Notes under the pieces: model-generated
The model's database searches: none
What the model was told of the DNA's origin: nothing
What the model saw: the letters and a program-made list of their open reading frames with translations, nothing else
Translations under genes and position numbers: made by a program
From: Lama glama
Taxonomy: Eukaryota
Length of the DNA stretch: 64,000 nt
Assembly: GCA_028534125.1 (NCBI GenBank)
Contig: CM052817.1
Coordinates: 86,616,001 to 86,680,000 of the forward strand
Direction: 5' to 3'
Shown: piece after piece, positions 11,176-24,569 of the stretch
Layout: each line of letters starts with the position of its first letter
Position numbering within the stretch: position 1 is the first letter of the stretch

Positions 11176-13136
11176 TCATCTTCTTTATGCTAAATAAATA
11201 ATAAAAATTATCAGTTTTTCTAACTTCAAAAAACTGTTTTCATAAGATGCAAATGATTTTGAAATGTATGCTATTAAATAATACAAAATTTATGTATGTC
11301 AGAACTTAAAGGTTGCCATTTTCAAACAGAGATTTCTATGCTATTAGGAATCAGAATTAAAAGTATTTAGCCACATGAAAGTAGAAAAATCCCGTTCATT
11401 TTCAGAATATGAAAAACAGACATTTGAAATGATTCTATCAAGTGATAAATTATCTCTCTGTAATGTATAAGATCTATATATTCCTAGATACCTGTGCTAC
11501 TTTATTGGAAAATTGTAGTAAAAAATCCTTCTATCCTCTTTCTCTGGAGCCTGGATCGGGTCCTGAAGGAACCCCTAATTCTCTGCCTTCTTCCTTTTGT
11601 TCACCTCTATAATTCATCCACCATAGACTGATTTTCTTTACCAATTTTGCCCGAGGAGCCCAAATATATGTTTTGAAAATTCTCTCACAGAAAATGAGCA
11701 GAGAAATAGGATAGTAGCTGAATGGTGGTGTGGGGTTGATGGCAGAAGAAGGCTAATCCTTCAAAATTAAGAGGGGAAATGATAAAACATGGATGTGGGT
11801 TTCATGGCAATTGAGATTATATGGCTGAAAGTTGAGGCTATTTCATATGATAGTTTAAACTTTCTTCATGATAATGATCTACTTGGTTGCTTTACGATTT
11901 CAGCTCTCTGATGAATTCAAGAAAATTTGTACTTTATCTGGCTTTTTTTCCCCATTGTTCAATTGTGAGCAAATTTCCTTGCAGATTTCTATATTCTAAG
12001 CAGAAAGAGGTCCTCCCTGTTACTTTGTATTTTAATAATTAAGTTAGAACTTTCCCTTCACCAGGCCAGGGAACTGAACGCTGAGAAAATTCCAGATATC
12101 TGTTTAAATTTAACCACACCATCAGTCTGCAGAAGAGTGGGTTTTTTCTCCCTGTTTTGCAGAATACCTGCTAGGGTTTGGGTCTCTTTGCTGTCTAGAG
12201 CCTCTGCCTGTCCAGTATCTCTATCACCCTTCAGATCTTTTGGACTTCAGAGGGCAGGAGTCTGTGAACTCCTAGGACTTCTTTCAAGACTCCTGCCTCA
12301 ATCTCAGATTTTTTTTTTTCCCTGAAAGCGTGGAATTTCTCTGATCTCTTTTTCTCAGCACTCCTGCTCTGCCCAGATGCCTTCTGAGAACAGCTACCTT
12401 GCACTGGATGGATAAAGTATCGGTAAAACTTGGGGACCACTCTCGACTCTCTCCCCTCCAGCTTTTGGTGTATTTCCAATGAACACTCAGTCAACACCTA
12501 TCTACAAGGTAGCTGGTGGGTGCAGATTCACTCTGTGCCTAGGACAGTTCGGGATTTTAATGTCATGACAGCCCAATTGCAGGAACCGAAAGTTCCTTAA
12601 GAGTTTGGCTGCTTTCACAGACCTTCATCATAGAGGCCTTGGATTATCTACTCACAGTTCCACCATTACAAACAAAGCTCTCACATGAAAAGCTTTTCAC
12701 TTCCTGGAATTTATTCCATTTAGGTTTGAGTCCTCACATTTTCCTCATTTTAAGGAAAATGACAATCTTTATCTTACTCAGATTGTTATGTTTGTTAGTG
12801 TGAACACACAGTCTTGTACGTTTCCACATCCAAACTCGAAGCAGAACACGTTCTCAGTTATTTTAATTGTTGTTGTTGTTATGTTTGCACCTGTAAGACA
12901 TTTTTTTGGAATTCACTAGACAATGTCAAGTATATAAGTGAGCTACATGTATTCATAGTATTTTTCAATGTGAGTGGCTAAATTGAAATGCCGTTTCAAA
13001 CACTGCCTTCTTGGAGGATTTGTTTTTTTGCAAGCATATTAGCAAAGCAATGGGAGGAATGTGATGCTCCTATCATCAAAATATCAGTAAGCTGCCTTTG
13101 CTATCCAACAGTTTCATCACGTTGGTCTTTTCCAAC

Positions 13137-13174
13137 CACACACACACATACACACACACATACACACACACACA
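13137..13174. repeat. (CA)n microsatellite
   Basis: Direct observation. Confidence 0.97.
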
Positions 13175-13599
13175 AAGGTATTTGTGAAGAAAGAAATTCT
13201 CTCTCCAGATTGAGTCCCAGGAAGGCATTTGCTTTCATATCCGGGGATCAAACAAGGGAGACAATGATTGTATTCTACAACTTTTGCCTCTGCAGGCTAC
13301 TTTTAGACCACTTAATCTTTTATTATCCCATCTTATTCTCTATACCTACACTATTTTACTAACCCCCAACCTAGCCTCTCTTGTTCCATTGTGTCCTTTA
13401 TGTGATATCCTTCCACAACTGTATTGAACAACCAAAAATACTACTTTTATCATGTTAATTTTCTTTTTAAAAAAATCAACATCCCCTCTACATGGCATAA
13501 AAATGCCAGTGCAGAAGTGGAAACACAGAGGCATTTTAACAAATTAAACTGGCATTTTATATTAGAAAATATTATAATGCTGAGGTGATATTAGTTTAT

Positions 13600-13830
13600 A
13601 TTATTGATGGCTCACTTCATGCTAGGTACAATTCTAAATTCATTATGATAGATTGACTCAATTAATTCCCACAGAACTGTGTGATGTGAATGATATTATT
13701 ATCATCACCTCTGTTTTACAGATAAGGAAATAGCATAGAGATATTGAAGAACTTGCCCAATGTCCAAAGCACATAAGACACCAAGTTGGTTATTTGCCTT
13801 CTCCAGATCCTAAAAATTTAACCATTATGT
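13600..13830 (-). mobile_element. MIR SINE
   Basis: Core attattatc..ctgttttacagataaggaaa..gaacttgcccaatgtc. Confidence 0.8.
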
Positions 13831-14799
13831 TATTACTTCAATTGACAGGTTTATTTAAAAATATTAAGAGGGTGTAAACTGTGTGCAGTATAATCACTTA
13901 AAAGAGGCAGTAGTGGTTGTTTTTGCTTTATTTTCCTTCGTTATAAAGTCACAAATTTAAGAAAGAGATTCATTTTGGTTTGGTATTTTCGTTGTAGTAC
14001 TTGAGTTTTACTTACTGTAAACACTTATCTGTAGAAGTTAAGGAACAAGATTAGTTCAATATTATCTCTATGGGAATAGAAATCCGGTCCAGTGTTAGAA
14101 GCAATTGGAACAGATATGGGATGTTATTCTACCTGGAAAGTGGTTTGGGGGCAGGGGGTAGGTTCAACTTCAGTAGCCAAAATTTAACTAAGTATGGGTT
14201 CATTCAGTTCCTGGTTTAGGGAGTTTTGATAGTAACAATAATAATTAACATGTAAGCCACACTTACTAGGTGTCAGATGTTGTCATAATTTTTGATCACC
14301 ACCATGTTTTCAATATTGGAGACACTCTCTTAGGACATAATTATGGAAAGACATTATTTTTCCATTCAAACTTGTACTTATAAAGGGATGAAATGTACGA
14401 ATAATGAACATTCTGAAAATCAGTACCATTTAGTGAACACCTATGCTTAGAATAGAAATTCACAATAGAAAAACCAAATACATGCATTGACCCTTCCAGA
14501 AACTTGGATCTGTGAAGACCATATGCAGGGGTACCTTACTGAATACAAGGACAAGGTAAGCTTGGAGAATAATCCCATCTTGAGGGCAAGCCTCTTTCTC
14601 CAGTCACTAAAGATCAATTCTCACAATACTTAGCACAACACCCTGTATCTAGTAGCCATTCAGTTAAAATATATTGAATTGAGAAATAAATTAGTCCTAG
14701 CCTATATGGTAAGTTTAATTGCTAATATAATAATGAAAACTAAAGTATTTGAACTATACCTGTTATAGAGTAAAAATGTATAGTTTTATTGTTTGAAGT

Positions 14800-14985
14800 T
14801 ATAACATTGGCGTATCATTCCCAGTCCTATAACCGACTCTCAAATTAAACTTGTGTAAGTAATTAACCTCTGTGTGACCAAGTTCTCTCATCTGTGAAAC
14901 AGATACAATAATTACTATCGCCTACCCTTTGGGCACAGTGTGAGGATTAATGACATAATTTCCAAAAGCTAGTTCCTAGAAAGGT
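14800..14985 (+). mobile_element. MIR SINE
   Basis: Core aagtaattaacctctgtgtgaccaagttctctcatctgtgaaacagataca...gtgtgaggattaa. Confidence 0.75.
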
Positions 14986-15301
14986 ATTTTATATTCAAAC
15001 ATCTTACTGTCTTAGACTGTTGGTTTTACTTTCACCATATACGTCCAAAGTCTAAATGTTTTAGAAAATAATTTCTGTTTTTTTCTTTTAATTTTAGGTT
15101 GACCAGTTATCACTAACAGAGACCGAGGGTTCAGCAAGAATTGAAATGTAGTAATTCTGGAGTGTTTTATATGTCTATTTTAAATTGCACATTCTTTTGG
15201 GTAAGTGATCTTGTTTTCTAAAAATTTCAAAATTTCAAAATTTTCTTGTTACATTTTTGATTCAATAGTTAGATACCAAAGGCTGCTGTGAACTATCTAG
15301 A

Positions 15302-15514
15302 GAGGGTTTCTCAAACTCAGAGCTACTGACATACTGAATCTAGACTAATTTGTTTGCCAGTCTGTTCTAGCCGTTGTAGGATTTTCAGCAGCTTCCTTGA
15401 CCTTTACTCACTGGATGCCAGTTACCATCCCCCGTTGCTGACATTTAAAAATGTCTCCAGACCCTAACTAATTGTGCCCTGCAGGGAAAAATTACATTCA
15501 GTTGAGAACCGCTG
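15302..15514 (+). mobile_element. hAT-Charlie MITE, MER20
   Basis: ggtttctcaa... start, ttgtaggattttcagcagcttccttgacctttactcactggatgccag core, aaaatgtctccagac, gttgagaaccgctg end. Confidence 0.85.
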
Positions 15515-16814
15515 CCCTAGAAGAGTTGAATAGGGTGAATGGCCTGTCCAAGCTATGTGGCAGAATCGATTTAAACAATTCAAACACTGGGGGAATGCAC
15601 ACACACACCCCTAAGGGGACCACATAGCCTAGTTTGCCTGGCAGAGTTCTGATTTCCACTGGTAACCTAGCGTCTGGTCCCATTACTATTTGTACTAGAT
15701 TTTCAATTTTGTTATGGAGTACCATTATTAATCCATGTAATAAAATAAACGTGAGGATTTCATTGACTTTGTTTCTCCCTTTTTTTTTTTTTTTTTGGTC
15801 TTACAGTGTATAGGATCTGGCTGTAGTGAACAGAAGTTTCACCTTAAGACATTTTTTGAAATTTGACAATTTGAAAGATGTATGCATTTTTTTTTAACTC
15901 TGCCTTTGTCTAAGCCAATAAAACTAATGCTTCTTCTAGAGCCAGTACGCGGAGCAGTGTGGAGAGGAGTCCCTAGCGCTGCTGCCCACTCCGTCACATG
16001 TGACCTAGAAGTGGGATAATCCTCTCTGCCCCTGCCACTCCCTCAGTGTACCAGCTAGTCGCGCTCTAGCTGGTGCATGGAGCCTCAACGTGGCCAGTCA
16101 GTGAGGATCAGTGGCAAAGGTAGGAATTTACAGATTGGCTGTACAGTAAGTCTATGCAGAAAATAGAGACTAAGGAATCCTACGTTAGAACATATATTCT
16201 TGCTGTGGTTATTTTAAAATTTATTATATAGTGGAAATTGACACAATTTATTTATTTTAAAGTTTGATATTGATACAATAAATTCTTTTAATGTATCTAT
16301 AAGAATAAAGTAGATATTTAAGGAAAATTTAAATCTTTAATTGACGAGCATGCACTGTAATGTTGGCTGACTTTTATGATGCCATCAACATGAAATATAT
16401 GTTGATATCAATGATCACATGAGAATCAGAAAGCAAATTTTCTAAAGAAACATCAATATTTCTTGAAAAATAAGAATTTATTTGACATTAAAGTTTGTCC
16501 CAAGGTGATCATGCAATTGCAGAAAGCTTGTTTATATATAACTCTCTGAACTTGAATCTTTGTTTTAATCAAATGACTGTTTTTCTAAATTAATTTTCAT
16601 AATTTTCAGTTGTAGATTTTCTTGTGCATGTAGAAAATATGGCATGAGCTTTTAAAGTTTTGACTCTTCTAACAGGAGAAATTCACAGTTAATTCATATA
16701 AGTTAAATTTATATAAAGTTGATTTTATATGGACAGATGCTTCAGATAGAACAGTTAGGTTCAATCTTTAAATAAGAGTTTGAGTTTTTCACCTAATGCA
16801 TGGGAAAAAGGTAA

Positions 16815-16986
16815 AGCCAAGTCATGTCAGTCCTCTGATTTTGTTCTTCAACAGTCTGTTAGCTAGTCGGGTCTTCTGCCTTTCTGTATAAACTTCAGAA
16901 CCAGTTTGTTGGTATCCACAATCCAAGATGCTGTTATTTTTGTTTTAACTGTGATTTTCTTGAATCTATAGATCAATATGGGAAAG
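16815..16986 (-). mobile_element. Old L1 ORF2 fragment
   Basis: ttctgtataaacttcagaaccagtttgttggtatccac...ttgaatctatagatcaa antisense L1 text. Confidence 0.7.
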
Positions 16987-17286
16987 CTGGGTAGCTTATA
17001 AAACAACAGAAACTTTATCTCATGGTTCTGGACACTGGAAGTCCAAGATCAGGATGCCAGCATGGTTGGGTTCTGGTGAGAGCCTTGTTCTGGGTAGCAC
17101 ACTGCTATCTTTTTGTTGTATCTTCACATGGCAGAAGGAGTGAGAGATCTCTCTGGGGTCCCTTTTATAAGGGAACTAATCCTGTTCATAAGGGCACTAT
17201 CCTTTTAACCTAATCACTTCCCAACGGCTCCATTTCCTAAAACTATCACATTGGGGATTAGACATTCAACATAATGAATTTGGGGG
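16987..17286 (-). mobile_element. MaLR LTR, MLT1A-like
   Basis: ggaagtccaagatcagg..ccagcatggttgggttctggtgag..., cttttataagggaactaatcc, atcacattggggattag. Confidence 0.85.
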
Positions 17287-17469
17287 TTTTCTGCATTTTA
17301 GTTTGGAAATTTTAAGCTGTAGTATTATGTATTCATTTCCCTCCATAGTGAGGATAATGCAAAGGTAACCTGATACAAAGGTTGGCAATATTACGATTCT
17401 CTTTTACTTGGGTATGATAAAACCGAGAAAAGTGGCAGGGAATAATTGTCGATGCACTGGGCAAAAATC

Positions 17470-19110
17470 TTCCTAGTTTGTATACGAGGCAAGGATAGGT
17501 GTAAAGAAAATTCAAATCAGAAGCTAGAGGATGTGTAAACACTGCTTGTTGAGTGATGCATGTCAGATAAAAGAAATTGGAGCAAATTAGAGCAAAGGGG
17601 AAAATGAGCGTGACATGTTAGAAAGGAAAGAAGGGGGAGTGGTGTTAATGAGTTTCGTCTTTTTATTCCTGAGGCCATTGTGAAGCAATTGGAGCCTTTT
17701 AAACTTGGAGATTGGTATACTTATGTAGTATGAAAATTCAAGTGTGACATAAACAGGGCCCAGCTTTATAAACATAGTTCTGATTCCAATGTAGAGAATG
17801 AATTTCACTGAGACAAGAATGAATATGTATGTGTGCATCAGTGCTTTCATGGGGTCCCAGGTATGATATGAGGCATGATGGTAATTTGGTTTAGGATTGT
17901 GATGACTGAAGTGGAGAAGAGAGAAACTGAAAAGATATTTAGAGGATTAGGATGGCAGGGTGTCGTGATGAAGAACTGAGTATGGGAAGAGGAGATGTTA
18001 TAGGGAAGAACCAGTGTGACTCTGTGTTAGATCTTTTCTTTGTGTTTAACCTTTGTATTCTATTGCTTGCTAATCACTAAAGGGATGTTGTCTATAAGCT
18101 TAAATTATACATAATGGCCCATCTCTGGGAACCCTGTTTCCCAGGTACTGAGCATCAAGCTAAAATACCTCTGTTTAGCTCACAAGAAACATCCTGACCA
18201 GGCCCAGCAATGAATAACTGGAAGGAAGAAATATCCCCTCCGGAGTCTGGACCCAATGAGGACTTTTTAACTTTTCCCATTTTTCGTATAAAAGAAGCCT
18301 GAATTCAAACACAGGAAGATGGTTCTCTAAACATTAGTCCCCCACCATCTTCTTGGTCTGCTGGCTTTCCAAATAAAGTCATTATTTCTTCCCCCAACAC
18401 CTCACTCCAAATTTATTGTCCTGTCATACAGTGAGCAGAACAAGTTTGGACTCAGTAACAGAGAGGCAATGAGATAGAGAATGAATCCTAAAATTATGAT
18501 TTAAATAATTTAACTCAATCAGAATAGAGTAGAAGGCCAGGTTTGGAGAAGTCTATCAGAGATTTTAAGGTCTTGCAAAATACGTAAGAAGATTTTTCAT
18601 GTAAGAAGTTTGGATATAGAGACATAGAGCTTAGAGGAGACGTTTGGGTTGAAGATAACTGACCTGGGTTCGTGTATGTATGTGATCAGAGTCACAGACA
18701 CCAGGAACATCACCCACAAGAAGACAGAATGGAAAGAGGAGGGCTACTATTAAAACTCTAGGGACAGGAACATTTATGTGACAGATGAAATAAGCCCAGA
18801 AAGGAATCTGAGAAGGAGGACGGATTAGCGATGGGGTAGAAGGAAAAATCAGGGGAATGCAAATTTGTGGAACACAAGAAAAGAGAGTGTTTCAAGAAAT
18901 AAAGGAGTGGCTAAGAGTGTCAAATAATGTTAGAAGGTGTAACAGGAACTGAATAGAAAGTCCCACAGGGGTTTTCAATTTGAACACAATTGTTAACTTG
19001 AGAGAGCTGTTTTGTGAGAATTATCGGAGTTAAATCTAGATCACCATGAGCAGAGAGTCACAAGGAAGAGGTGAAATAATTAGAGGAGGTGATTGGAGAG
19101 GATGTAGGGT
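17470..19110 (-). mobile_element. L2 LINE relic interrupted by an LTR at 18025-18460
   Basis: Purine-rich decayed L2 antisense text on both sides (gagcttagaggagacgtttgggttgaagata; aagagagtgtttcaagaa..gagtggctaagagtgtcaaat). Confidence 0.65.
18025..18460 (+). mobile_element. ERV1-class solo LTR
   Basis: TGTTA...TAACA ends, TATAAAA near 18287, AATAAA near 18372, typical U5 end gtgagcagaacaagtttggactcagtaaca. Confidence 0.8.
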
Positions 19111-19538
19111 AATGGCATCATTAAGAAAATATTTTTTTCATGAACCAGCCAAAGCATTAGTCTATTAAAATTATCTTACAGTATTCAGTTTAATCTGTAT
19201 CTTATTAAGAAATACTGCTGTGGTCTCAGGTCAGTGAAATTATTTTCATTTGATGTCATTATAACTTGATATTAAAATGCACTATATTTGAAACCAGATA
19301 CACCAGAGTACTTATTAGAAAATTTAGAGTTCTCTGAACTATATCCATAATAATATATAGGTAATTTTATAATTATATTGCATATAACATTAATAACTGG
19401 CTCTCATGCTATATATGAGATATTTACCTTATATATAATATATATTAGGTGAGGTCACGCATGTGGACATGAGACCAAATATTGATTACATAAGTAATTA
19501 ACAAACGCCTTTTATTTCAAATAAGAGAAAATACTTCC

Positions 19539-19590
19539 ATATATATATATATACATATATATGTGTATATATATGTATATATATATATGT
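19539..19590. repeat. (AT)n-rich microsatellite
   Basis: Direct observation. Confidence 0.95.
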
Positions 19591-20363
19591 ATTAAGAAGG
19601 CCAAAGTTATAGAATAGGAATAGGACTTTCAAAGAAAGAGGAAAGTTTAGGGCATTTATAAAATTTTTAAATGCTAGAATGGAAATAGATTTCTTCTGAT
19701 AGCATTAGTAGGAGTGATTTACTTCTATACCTACACCAAGAAGAAAAAAAAAATGTTTCTTAGAGAAGAAGCAAAAGATAATTAAGAAAATAAGGCTTCA
19801 TTCAGTTGTCATTTATACCTTAGGGGTGAGTGGCCGAGCTGGAGAGGACAGTGGCTCGCAGGATCGGACCGCAAAGGGGCAGTTATTTCCTAAGCTCTAC
19901 CGGCGCCCAGGAAATGCTGGTGTCTCGGGCTTAAGGAGATTTAGATTCTAGCAGAAGAAACAATTGAGGTTAAGACTATGGACAGCTGCCCATAGCTAGT
20001 TGCAACAGAGTGGCTTCAGTACCTCAGAGTTTCCTGCCTCTATTTGAATTCAGTAAAGTGGATTTTAAAATACAACAGTATCTTATAAATACGGTAAGCA
20101 CAGAAAATTCCTCACTTATGAGATGACTATATGCAGGTGCCCTCACTTCCTTCTTCACCCTTCCACGTGTTCTGTGTTTCCTTAGCAGGATACCCAGTCT
20201 TTTGATCATTGGATTTGTCAGAAGCTTGTACCACTTCATGCTCTTGTAGTGACTGGTGACTAACTATTTAATTGGCAATAGTAGGAGTAGCAATGCTGCA
20301 ACAGTGTCTGACTCCCAAAGTCAAAACTGGTAAATTTTGGGTCATTAAGTTCCTCAAAGTATT

Positions 20364-20426
20364 AAAAAAAAAAAAGAAGAAGAAGAAGTAGAAGGGGAAG
20401 GGGAGGAAGAGGGAGGGGGAGGAGAA
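20364..20426. repeat. Polypurine A/(GAA)/(GGA) tract
   Basis: Direct observation. Confidence 0.85.
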
Positions 20427-20869
20427 ACAAATACAAAACAGTAAAGAAATCCCTTCCACCCCTTATGTGCTGGTTCTGTCTAGAAGCACGATGCTGTGAC
20501 TATGTCTATTATATCAGCAAGTTCTACTTTAAGTCACTCTGAAATCTCCAAAAGTGGTTAGTTGTGTTTGTCAAATACAATAATAATCCACGACACTTTA
20601 AAACAGAAAGCTGAATAGGAAATAGTTCCCAAGGAAGTGGATGAGATGTATCACATACTCAGATACCTGTAACGGCAGACACACATTTTTAGATACCTTC
20701 AAGATGGTATAGATAAGATCTTTTTAGATTAGAGAGCTATAGATTAATTAGAACAAGAAGGAAGAGTAAACACGCTATAGACTTACTGTGGCTGTGACAT
20801 CCTTGTGGGACCCCCAATACTGTGCCTGGAGAACTGGGTATAAGGGATTCCAGGAAGCACAGGTGTGCA

Positions 20870-21303
20870 TGTGGCTGCTGGAGCAGTGACTTCCAGTTGC
20901 CCAAGAAGTAAATGTCCATTCTCCCCTTCTTTCAGAATGAATATCCAGTTTTACTCTGGGCAGCCAAAGGACAAAATTAGAACTTTAATTTGCCACCTCC
21001 TGTGAGCTAGGATGAATCTTACAAAAACATTATATTAACTGAAATGGCACCATTTCTATGATCTCTCTTTACTTCTTTTCTGCCAAGTATGTGGACAAGT
21101 ATTTCATGAAGTGACCTTGAGTCTGAGTCCCAGGCCATTTAAGGTAGTGGACAATTAAAAGGAGACCTGGTTTCTCATGTGCCTAGAGCCACCTTCTGTT
21201 CTCTCTGATTTGTGTGTGGGAGAGAGAAAAGCAAACTTCTGCTCAGTTTAAATATTCTTTCATTGTTTTTCACTTGCATCCAGCCAAGTCAAGCCCAACT
21301 GAT
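20870..21303 (+). mobile_element. Old MaLR LTR, MLT1J-like
   Basis: tccattctccccttctt, aaggagacctggtttctcatg, gagagagaaaagcaaacttctg..gtttaa, ...caactgat end. Confidence 0.55.
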
Positions 21304-24300
21304 TTAATTTCCTATTTGGAGTTGTACAGGTAGAACTACAGTTGTCCCAGCAAGAAACGCTGCACTGTCCAGCAAGAGCAGACAGAGCACAAAGTGTAGG
21401 GAAAGGGATGGGCAGCTGCTATTAAACCCGACCTGTATTATTAAAACCAGTGTAACAACTTTTAGAAAAGACTTCTTATGCATTCAGGTGGAACATATAC
21501 TCTAGTCAGCTTTGCAACTTCTAACATTTATTTGGCTCACCTAAGCTCTGAAGGCATTTTAGTCTCAGACATTTAAGAGCATAATAAGTAGTCAATTAAA
21601 TCAGTAGAGTCTGCATAAGGGGAAGAAGTATCAAAATGGTTACAACAGACTAACAGTGGGAAATGGAATCTTTAATGGTAGATTCTCTCCATCCCATCAT
21701 ACGAAGACATACAGATACCAAATTTTGATAGACAAAGCCAAGCAGGTCCACTTCTGAGACTAGGAGTACATCCTCCTCACGTGTGGACTGAGAATGATGA
21801 CCACAGTCATCACCACTCAGTGAGAAATAAAATGAAAGAACTGTAGGCTGTGGTCAGAGGCTGATCTTCTCAAGGGTAAGTGTTTTAGATGTGATGAGGA
21901 TGATTAATGTATACGCACATGAAGGTTTTAGAAACAGTCGTTTACAGGTTTGGTAGAGTAGTTCGGGCATGTCTGGTATCTAACACTGAAGGGCTATTCG
22001 GAGCCATGGTCACTCTTGCCAAAGTGATTCCTAATTAGATGTTCACAGACTGACTGGGTAGACTGTCATTTACAAACAAAAAAATAGTAGGTTGAAGGTA
22101 TTAAATATGGAGTGGGATAAATCTATTAATGTTTTATTAGAGCCCCTACAATCGAAAGGGACATAGGAGAAGCAGAGGCTAATGGAGAGACAACGGTAAG
22201 GAACACAATGTTGTCGATGGAAAGTTCATGCCAGGTTCTGCAAGAAATTAGAAAAATACAACTCTCTCTGTCTATGGATAAATTCCTCTGTTCAATTCTA
22301 AATATCAGAATGTCTTCTTTCTGATGAACCTATTATTATTTCCAGTACTAAAGGTGATAAAATGAAAATTCATATTGGGACATTCTCCAAAGACATTTTT
22401 CAAACTGATTGTCTAAACTAGCTCAAAAACACAAAACTGGTCAAGGATTCTATTTCATTCTTAATGTCAAAACCTGTCTCTCACTCAAATGTCATTTACT
22501 GAAGCCCCTTTCTATGGTATTCAGGGAATTCGTTTACGCATTGTCTCACTAGGTTAAACTTACCATATTAGATGAATTTCAAATGAAACAAAGCTTGCTC
22601 TTTGTTTAGTGCATTGAAACTAAGACATGATTTTCTAATTTTCAAGGATAGCTAGTATATTTTATTTATGAAGATTTTAAGATGTATTTATCAATTGTAA
22701 GATTTAATTCATAAAATATAGAATGCATTTTACAACTTTAACTATATTACATTGAAAACTAAAGCTTAGCTTCATTTTTCATCAAATTATTCAGTAATAT
22801 CTAGGCTGTTACTTTCTAACACTGTTTGTTTCTTTGTTAATTAAATAGATTATTTCAGGTACATTCTTAATGCTTTTTCTAATTAATAAAATTCTGTCAT
22901 GTAGGTATCAAACAGCTCCAACTGAAACTACACAAGCATCATTAAAATACAGTGCTCAAATATGAAATTACACTTGAATAAAAGCTTTCCACTTTAGTTA
23001 CTTATATTCTAGGAGACTTAAACTTACTAACAGTGTGGTAGATGTAATATAGTTAATGGTGAAGGAAATTAGAGATATGTATCAATGTAAAGTGTATCAT
23101 AATATTAAATTAGTAAAATGATGTTCCCACAAAATATAGTTTATAAAAAACTAATAAATATTTGCATATGAATTTCCCTCAAGTAAACTAATGCAAAAAT
23201 TCATTTACTAGCACAATTAATGCTAATATTAATATTAGTAATTACTTTTAAGTGCAAATAAATGGTAGGTTTGAACAAATATGGATGAAACATTATTTTA
23301 AATATGATCAGGACTTTGGAGAGTTACAGAAAGAGAAATAAGCAATTTTTCTTGGATATACATTGCAACGTCTTCAAATACAATTGTGTGTGTTTTCTGA
23401 ATGTTGCTTCTGTACTTTTAAATTGGCAAAAGCAGAGAATTGGAGAGAGAAATTGTGGGCAAAAAATGGTAGACTCCTATAAATACAGGTTAGATAAACT
23501 ATGTAGCCTTTGAAAATGGTTCTAGGTCTGCCATATTCGAATTATTACTGTAAACCTTCTTGTGATGTGCTGCAGTACATGGAACAATTTTTCAGCAGTG
23601 ATCAACACTTTCTTTGAAGGAAGTAAAGTCTGTAGCTTACATTATTCCCACGTTGGCTGTTTAGGCCTCCTTCTCAGGACTGTGTCTGTAAGAGGCTCTT
23701 CTAACCTGGGAGGAGAGCTAATTCAGTGGGTTCCCTTCAACCACCATTGGCTTATATTAAAATTGTCAACCCCCTGTTACCTGTTTCTTCTCATTAAAAC
23801 CAACAAAACTGAAAAAGAGCAATTGTCCGAAGAGGGAGGGAGAGAGAGAGAGAGCAAACAAAAAAGGAAATAAAGGAAACAGGAAGAAAAAGTAACTCGT
23901 CATTTATCAGGTAAGAAATCACATCTAACTAAAATTGAAGACAGGATAGTATTTCTGCCAGTTAAGCCAATTGCAACAGAGGGGGGAAAAAGAGGCTAAA
24001 ATAGGCTTAAGAATATATGAAAATGAGAGAAGATAGTGATCAGCTTTGGGGAAACAGTGAACACCACTGGGGAGGATGATGTATGCGTAATAAATACTGC
24101 TGGTGTTATCTACACTCTTCCTGATTTCTATACATACGCGTAGACTTGAGATTGAGTGTGAATGAATGGAGCTGGAAGCCCTCTGCTGTCGTAGCCTCTC
24201 CCCATAAACCTTGCTCCAAAAGTGTTCTCCTTCTAAGGGTGACTGGGGGAGTGTGGGGTATCAAACAGATGCTTGAACACAGGCAATCTAAGCTGAGTGA

Positions 24301-24569
24301 TCCATTTTTACAGGATCAAGTCAACTGTGAGAAAGGAGTGCATCAGGGGAGGGGTGCAGCCCCCTCTGCTGGCAGACGGAGCCTTCAGTCTGGTGCCTTC
24401 AGTCTAGTGCAGACTCTCCTGCTGGGCTGAAGGTAGGGCTGCCCATTCCAACCAGCTCTTTACCAGGTAATCCAAGATATGTTACCCTAGAGCTGTTCCC
24501 TGGATAATGCTTATGTCATATCCAGAAAGAAAGCAGGGGAAAGGGCAGAAACTGGAAGAAGAAATTTCA

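Noticed and set aside
12030..12850. Possible ancient L1/HAL1 5' region on the minus strand
   Set aside because: Resemblance too diffuse to assign by eye.
12988..13362. 124-aa ORF with a THTHTH run (similar ORFs at 52583-52869)
   Set aside because: Translation of (CA)n/(TG)n microsatellites; no coding features.
23223..23238. 16-bp perfect palindrome ctaatattaatattag
   Set aside because: Almost purely A/T in an AT-rich region; plausible by chance.
24355..24372. CTCF-like CCAGCAGAGGGGGC on the minus strand (also CCACCAGGGGAGTG near 39334)
   Set aside because: Mismatches at the conserved GGC end of the core; too weak to call.
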